DNA of 63,663 nucleotides from Candidatus Omnitrophota bacterium. Lineage in GTDB: Bacteria > Omnitrophota > Gorgyraeia > Gygaellales > Profunditerraquicolaceae. Positions 58,823-63,663 of this stretch are shown piece after piece. The stretch is taken from the NCBI GenBank assembly GCA_041309005.1, contig JBFZAN010000031.1, positions 1 through 63,663 on the forward strand. Reading direction: 5' to 3'. The position numbers and the translations under genes were made by a program. Positions within the stretch are counted from its first letter, which is position 1; each line of letters begins with the position of its first letter. The notes beneath the pieces are model-generated. The model searched no databases. It saw only the letters and a program-made list of their open reading frames with translations, and was not told the origin of the DNA.

Positions 58823-60508
58823 ATGAGGAAACCGGGCATAATTTTTCCGATCTTCTTTCTTATTTTCACCGTGTGCCTAGCGGCCGGGACGTGCGCTGAG
58901 CTTACGGCAGATTCTTCTATCAGCAGGGTGACCGTGTATCCCGATTCCGCCCTGATCACCCGCACCGCAGCGCTCAAATTAAACCCCGGACACTATACCG
59001 TCGTATTTCCCGATATTATCCCCGAAGTCGATGAAAATTCTTTGAGGGTTTCGGCGCCCGGCAACGAGGGCGTCAAGATCCTGAGCGTCCAGCTGAAAAA
59101 AGAATTCCTTAAAGATGACCCATCGCTTAAGATACAACAGTTGAAGCAGGAAATCCGCAAGCTCGAAGATGAGGTCAAAAGCTCTTCCAACCTGAAAAAT
59201 ATTTTCCTGGACGAAAAGAACTTTCTTGATTCCATCCGGCTGTTCTCGAACAGGCAGATTCCTCAGGACCTTGTCACCAAGATGCCTTCGGTCAAGGACC
59301 TGGATGATACGCTTAAGTTCCTGGATACCAGGCTCAAGGATAATTCATCGGCCGTGATGGAATGCGAATTAAGGAACAGGGACCTGCGGGAGAGGATTGA
59401 GGTGTTAAAGAAAGAGCTCGCGCAGATTTCAGGCCCCGCTCAAAAAATGAAGCATTCGATAGAAGTAGAGGCGCAGCTTGCAAAACCGGCTGCGTTCGAA
59501 CTTGAAGTTTCGTATCTGGTTCGGGGCGCTTCCTGGCAGCCGATCTATGACGCCAGGGCAGATTTTGAAAGATCGGTCGTGGAACTGGCCTCGTTCGGGA
59601 TAGTCAGGCAGACTACGGGCGAGGACTGGAACGCAGTTGAGGTGTCTTTGTCCACGGCCAAGCCCGCGGTAGGCGGCAGGATGGCTGAAGTGCGCTCCTG
59701 GCTCTTAAAGCCGTATCTTCCCAGGCATTTGAGCCTGGAACGCAAAATGGATTATTCCGAAGCGCAAGCGTTGAGGGGGGCTCCTTTTGAGAAAACAAAG
59801 AACGCCGTTATGGCTCTGGGCGGGATGGACGCGTTGCAGGAAAGCGAGCCTTTATACGCCTACGCGCAGGAAAAGGGGATCGCGGTAGTCTATACAATAC
59901 CCCGCAAGGCCGATATCAAGTCGGATGGTTCGGAGCAGAAATTGCCGATATCCTCCCAATCATTGAAGGCCGACTTCGAATATTCCGCGTATCCTAAGGC
60001 GTCACTTAACGCGTACCTGTTGAGCAAAGTGGCCAACGCCAAAGACCTGCAGCTTTTGGCGGGCAGGGTCAATGTGTTCCTGGACGGCGATTTCGTCGGC
60101 TCTTCGAGCATCGATTCCATATCGCCGGCTGAGACCTTCGACCTTTATCTGGGAGTGGATGAGAACGTGAAAGTCAAGAGGGAAGAGATCGAGAAGAAAG
60201 TCGATGAGACGATTATCGGCAATATCCCCTCCCCCACCAGGCGCACGGCATACAGGTATAAGCTCAGTGTAGAGAATTATAAATCAAAAAAGATCAGGTT
60301 AAAATTATTTGAAGCGATGCCCGTGCCCCAGGACGACCGCATCAAGGTAAAGATGGGACAGGTTTCTCTTGAGCCGAAAGAGAAAGATTGGAAGGACAAA
60401 AAAGGCGTCTGGCTTTGGGAGCTGGAATTAAACCACGGCGAGAAGAAAGAGATAACGTACGGCTATACCGTCGAACATCCGCGGGAAATGCAGGTAGAAG
60501 GGTTATAG
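58823..60508 (+). CDS. Exported DUF4140/DUF4139 protein (MuiA/TIGR02231-like)
   Basis: Signal peptide; ISRVTVYPDSALITR, coiled-coil stretch, SYLVRGASWQPIYD, QTTGEDW..V.LSLST, LLAGRVNVFLDGDFVG, LGVD. Start reassigned to ATG 58823. Confidence 0.87.
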   Translation: MRKPGIIFPIFFLIFTVCLAAGTCAELTADSSISRVTVYPDSALITRTAALKLNPGHYTVVFPDIIPEVDENSLRVSAPGNEGVKILSVQLKKEFLKDDPSLKIQQLKQEIRKLEDEVKSSSNLKNIFLDEKNFLDSIRLFSNRQIPQDLVTKMPSVKDLDDTLKFLDTRLKDNSSAVMECELRNRDLRERIEVLKKELAQISGPAQKMKHSIEVEAQLAKPAAFELEVSYLVRGASWQPIYDARADFERSVVELASFGIVRQTTGEDWNAVEVSLSTAKPAVGGRMAEVRSWLLKPYLPRHLSLERKMDYSEAQALRGAPFEKTKNAVMALGGMDALQESEPLYAYAQEKGIAVVYTIPRKADIKSDGSEQKLPISSQSLKADFEYSAYPKASLNAYLLSKVANAKDLQLLAGRVNVFLDGDFVGSSSIDSISPAETFDLYLGVDENVKVKREEIEKKVDETIIGNIPSPTRRTAYRYKLSVENYKSKKIRLKLFEAMPVPQDDRIKVKMGQVSLEPKEKDWKDKKGVWLWELELNHGEKKEITYGYTVEHPREMQVEGL

Positions 60509-60512
60509 GCAG

Positions 60513-61478
60513 ATGTCCATAAAGAAAATAGCGGTGCTCACGGCAGGCGGAGACGCCCCCGGCATGAACGCCTGCGTGCGCAGCGTCGTGCGTTATTGCA
60601 CCAGTAAAGAACTGGCTGTGGTGGGGGTACTCCGCGGCTACCAGGGTTTGATCAATGAAGAGCTGAAATTGTTAGACCACCGCTCCGTTTCCGGCATCAT
60701 TAACCAGGGCGGCACGATCTTAAAGACCGCCCGCTGCCCGGAGTTTAAGACCGACGAAGGCAAGGCAAAGGCTTTCCAGACCATTAAAAAGCACGGCATA
60801 GACGCCTTCATCGCCATCGGCGGAAACGGCACGTTCACCGGCGCACATGCATTTTACAAAAAATACGGGGTGGCCTGCGTAGGGATACCGGCTTCCATAG
60901 ATAATGACGTAAGCGGCATCGACACCACTATCGGCTCGGACACCGCCATCAACACCGCGCTTGCCGCTATCGATAATATCCGCGACACCGCGACTTCCAT
61001 GGAGCGGATTTTCGTAGTCGAGGTAATGGGAAGAGAATCGGGCTTTATCGCCCTGCAAGTGGCTCTGGCAGGCGGCTGCGAAGACGTCATTATTCCCGAA
61101 AAGAAGCTTGACCTGGAAAGGGTCTGCGCCGATATCAAGCGGGGCTACGAGAAAGGCAAGATCAGCTGGATCATCGTGGTCGCGGAAGGCGCGGGCACGG
61201 CGCCTGAGCTGGCGAAAAAGATCACCGGCCTCACCGGCCTTGAGACCAGGGCAGTGATACTGGGCCATATTCAAAGAGGAGGCCGTCCTACCGCGGCAAG
61301 CCGCGACCTGGCGCTTCGCCTTGGCCCGGAGGCAGTGGACGCGCTGCTTCGCGGCGAGACGGATAAGGCCGTAGGGCTGAACAAGGGTGAGGTAGTGACG
61401 GTAGACCTTGAATTCGCCATCACAAAAAAAGAGATAGAAGTCGAAAGATTGTATCACCTTATAAAAGTGCTCACATAA
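60513..61478 (+). CDS. pfkA: ATP-dependent 6-phosphofructokinase
   Basis: LTAGGDAPGMNA, GGTILKTAR, IGGNGT, PASIDND, VEVMGR.SG, LGHIQRGG. Confidence 0.95.
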   Translation: MSIKKIAVLTAGGDAPGMNACVRSVVRYCTSKELAVVGVLRGYQGLINEELKLLDHRSVSGIINQGGTILKTARCPEFKTDEGKAKAFQTIKKHGIDAFIAIGGNGTFTGAHAFYKKYGVACVGIPASIDNDVSGIDTTIGSDTAINTALAAIDNIRDTATSMERIFVVEVMGRESGFIALQVALAGGCEDVIIPEKKLDLERVCADIKRGYEKGKISWIIVVAEGAGTAPELAKKITGLTGLETRAVILGHIQRGGRPTAASRDLALRLGPEAVDALLRGETDKAVGLNKGEVVTVDLEFAITKKEIEVERLYHLIKVLT

Positions 61479-61524
61479 CGTGAGGGAGAAAAGCCGGATC
61501 AGCTAAACTGGAGGGTACGCAGAA

Positions 61525-62850
61525 ATGGGAAGAAAACCTTTGGATATCGATAAGATCGTAATGGAGCTGGTAATGAGCGATGACGCCGCGGCAAAAAAGA
61601 AGCTCGCCAAGAAGATCATTACCATCGCGTACAAAAAAGGCATTTACCCTTCAAGCATTCATGAATTGTATATGGCCCGGGGCAGGAATGAATACAGCGG
61701 TTTTACGGTGCCGGCGGTGAACTTGAGGAGCCTTACCTACGACCTGGCGGCCGCGATGTTTAGGGTCGCCAAAAGGAACAACGCCGGGGCGTTCATCTTT
61801 GAGATCGCCAAGTCAGAGATGGGCTATACGGCTCAGCCTCCCGTAGAGTATGCGGCCGTGGTGCTTGCGGCCGCGGTCAAAGAAGGCTGGAAGGGGCCGG
61901 TGTTCATCCAGGCCGACCACACCCAGGCAAACGCCAAGAAATTCAAGGAAGACCCCGAAAAAGAAATGCAGGGCTTGCAGGCCCTGATCGCCGATGCCAT
62001 CGAGGCGGGGTTCTATAATATCGACATCGATTCATCGACTTTGGTAGACCTCTCAAAGCCCAAGGTCAAGCAGCAGCAGAAAGATAACTACGAGGTCTGC
62101 GCCAAGCTGACCCAGCTCATACGCCGCATTGAGCCTCGCGGCGTCACGGTATCGGTGGGCGGTGAGATCGGCGAGGTCGGCCATCAGAACTCCAACCCCG
62201 ATGACCTGCGCGCGTTCATGGAAGGCTTCCGCGAAAGGCTGCGTAAAGGCCTCGTGGGTATCAGTAAGATCTCGGTGCAGACCGGCACCTCTCACGGCGG
62301 CGTGGTCAAGGCCGACGGCAGCATCGCCGAAGTAAAACTCGATTTTAACACGCTTAAGACGCTTTCGGACCTCGCGCAAAAAGAGTTCGGCCTGGGCGGC
62401 GCGGTGCAGCACGGCGCTTCGACATTGCCGTCAGAACTTTTCCATAACTTCCCTGAGAACAATACCCTGGAAGTGCACCTTGCTACGGAATTCCAGAACA
62501 TGATTTATGAGAGCGCGCATTTTCCCGCAGCGCTGAAAGCCAAGATCTACGAATGGCTTAAAGCCAACGCGCAGTCAGAGCGCAAAGAGGGCGATTCCGA
62601 TGAACAGTTCTACTACAAGGCGCGTAAAAAAGCCCTCGGCCCTTTCAAGAAAGAGATCATGAGCCTGCCCGGAGAAGTCCGCCTGGCGATCGCAGGGGAA
62701 ATAGAGGCTAAATTCGAATTCCTCTTTAAAAAGCTTAATTGCGTCAACAACAAGGAAGTTGTCGATAAGTTCATTACTCTCAAGCGCGTCATTACCCGCA
62801 AGCGCCTTGAGGGTCCGGAGGTAGTGCACGACGGAGAAGGCGCGGACTGA
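61525..62850 (+). CDS. fba: Class II fructose-bisphosphate aldolase (long form)
   Basis: [49 protein letters not shown]; adjacent to pfkA. Confidence 0.85.
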   Translation: MGRKPLDIDKIVMELVMSDDAAAKKKLAKKIITIAYKKGIYPSSIHELYMARGRNEYSGFTVPAVNLRSLTYDLAAAMFRVAKRNNAGAFIFEIAKSEMGYTAQPPVEYAAVVLAAAVKEGWKGPVFIQADHTQANAKKFKEDPEKEMQGLQALIADAIEAGFYNIDIDSSTLVDLSKPKVKQQQKDNYEVCAKLTQLIRRIEPRGVTVSVGGEIGEVGHQNSNPDDLRAFMEGFRERLRKGLVGISKISVQTGTSHGGVVKADGSIAEVKLDFNTLKTLSDLAQKEFGLGGAVQHGASTLPSELFHNFPENNTLEVHLATEFQNMIYESAHFPAALKAKIYEWLKANAQSERKEGDSDEQFYYKARKKALGPFKKEIMSLPGEVRLAIAGEIEAKFEFLFKKLNCVNNKEVVDKFITLKRVITRKRLEGPEVVHDGEGAD

Positions 62851-62878
62851 TTTTCCGCCACCAGAGAGGGGTACAATT

Positions 62879-63663
62879 ATGCGTTCAGATAACGTCAAAA
62901 AAGGATTGGAGCGGGTCCCTCACCGGGCGCTTTTACACGCCACGGGGTTAAGCAGGAAAGACCTCGGCAGGCCTTTTATAGGCATCGCGACGTCCTTTAC
63001 CGACCTTATCCCCGGCCACATCGGCATGCGCGACCTTGAGCGCTTTATAGAGCGCGGCGTCTGTTACGGCGGGGGCGTGCCGTTCCTTTTCGGGGTGCCG
63101 GGCATTTGCGACGGCATCGCGATGGGCCATTTAGGCATGTGTTATCCGCTTGCGCTCAGAGAAATCGTGGCCGATACCATCGAGACGGTTTGTAACGCCC
63201 ACTCACTTGACGGCATAGTCTGCCTGACCAATTGCGACAAGATCACTCCCGGCATGCTTATGGGTGTTGCGCGTTTGAACATCCCCGCGATCATCGTGAC
63301 CGCAGGCCCCATGCTTTCGGGCCGCTTCAGGAAGAAGAAGCTCGCTTTCGTGCATGATACGTACGAAGGCCTCGCGCGCGCGAAACGAGGCGAGATCTCT
63401 CCCGAAGACCTGGTGTGCCTTGAGATGGAAGCCTGCCCCGGAGCAGGTTCCTGTCAGGGCCTTTATACCGCCAATACCATGGCTTGTCTCACCGAAACCA
63501 TGGGGATGTCTTTGCCCGGCTGCGGCACCGGACTTGCGGGCTCCGCCAAGAAGCGCAGGATCGCCGAGGCAAGCGGTGAACGGATCGTCGAGCTGGTGAA
63601 GAAACAGATCAAGCCTTTGGATATCATCAGCAAAGAGTCTTTAGAGAACGCCATCGCCGTGGA
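62879..63663 (+). CDS. ilvD: Dihydroxy-acid dehydratase (N-terminal part, runs off the window end)
   Basis: Translated by hand: [63 protein letters not shown]; no stop before 63663. Confidence 0.96.
   Translation, partial: MRSDNVKKGLERVPHRALLHATGLSRKDLGRPFIGIATSFTDLIPGHIGMRDLERFIERGVCYGGGVPFLFGVPGICDGIAMGHLGMCYPLALREIVADTIETVCNAHSLDGIVCLTNCDKITPGMLMGVARLNIPAIIVTAGPMLSGRFRKKKLAFVHDTYEGLARAKRGEISPEDLVCLEMEACPGAGSCQGLYTANTMACLTETMGMSLPGCGTGLAGSAKKRRIAEASGERIVELVKKQIKPLDIISKESLENAIAV

Overview
A bacterial chromosomal segment of roughly 50% GC (by eye, not computed), read with the standard genetic code. It is densely coding: about 63 CDS and 3 tRNAs, all on the + strand except rpmB. Most of it is housekeeping: DUF2905-spoIID-queA...tgt-trmD-rplS-rnhB-yraN; a folate C1 cluster (fhs-fchA-folD...metF); polA-glgA-coaE-rho-rpmE-prfA-prmC-murA; trpG-D-C-F-(zinc ribbon)-B-A; M16 peptidase, CNNM protein, rsfS, argS, recJ; addAB; rpsB-tsf-pyrH-frr with tRNA-Lys/Leu/Gly; a transporter-less PTS cluster; metK-ahcY; and pfkA-fba-ilvD (ilvD truncated by the window end). 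The gene content suggests an anaerobic uncultured lineage, most likely Ca. Omnitrophota (PVC); this is an inference and needs a marker phylogeny. I see no CRISPR array, rRNA, transposase, integrase or prophage. The most notable items are: (1) a highly structured ~130-nt element (hairpin plus three-way junction bounded by TTAA) between polA and glgA that abuts the glgA ribosome-binding site; (2) a 6.5-kb two-component/c-di-GMP island splitting queA from tgt, with unusual domain architectures; (3) metF followed by a degenerate flavoprotein and no metV nearby; (4) a stand-alone GGQ release-factor-like protein; (5) a 49-aa zinc-ribbon gene missed by the ORF track, behind strong expression signals; (6) several apparently leaderless genes and an ATA-initiated rsfS. 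None of these is proven novel without database searches.
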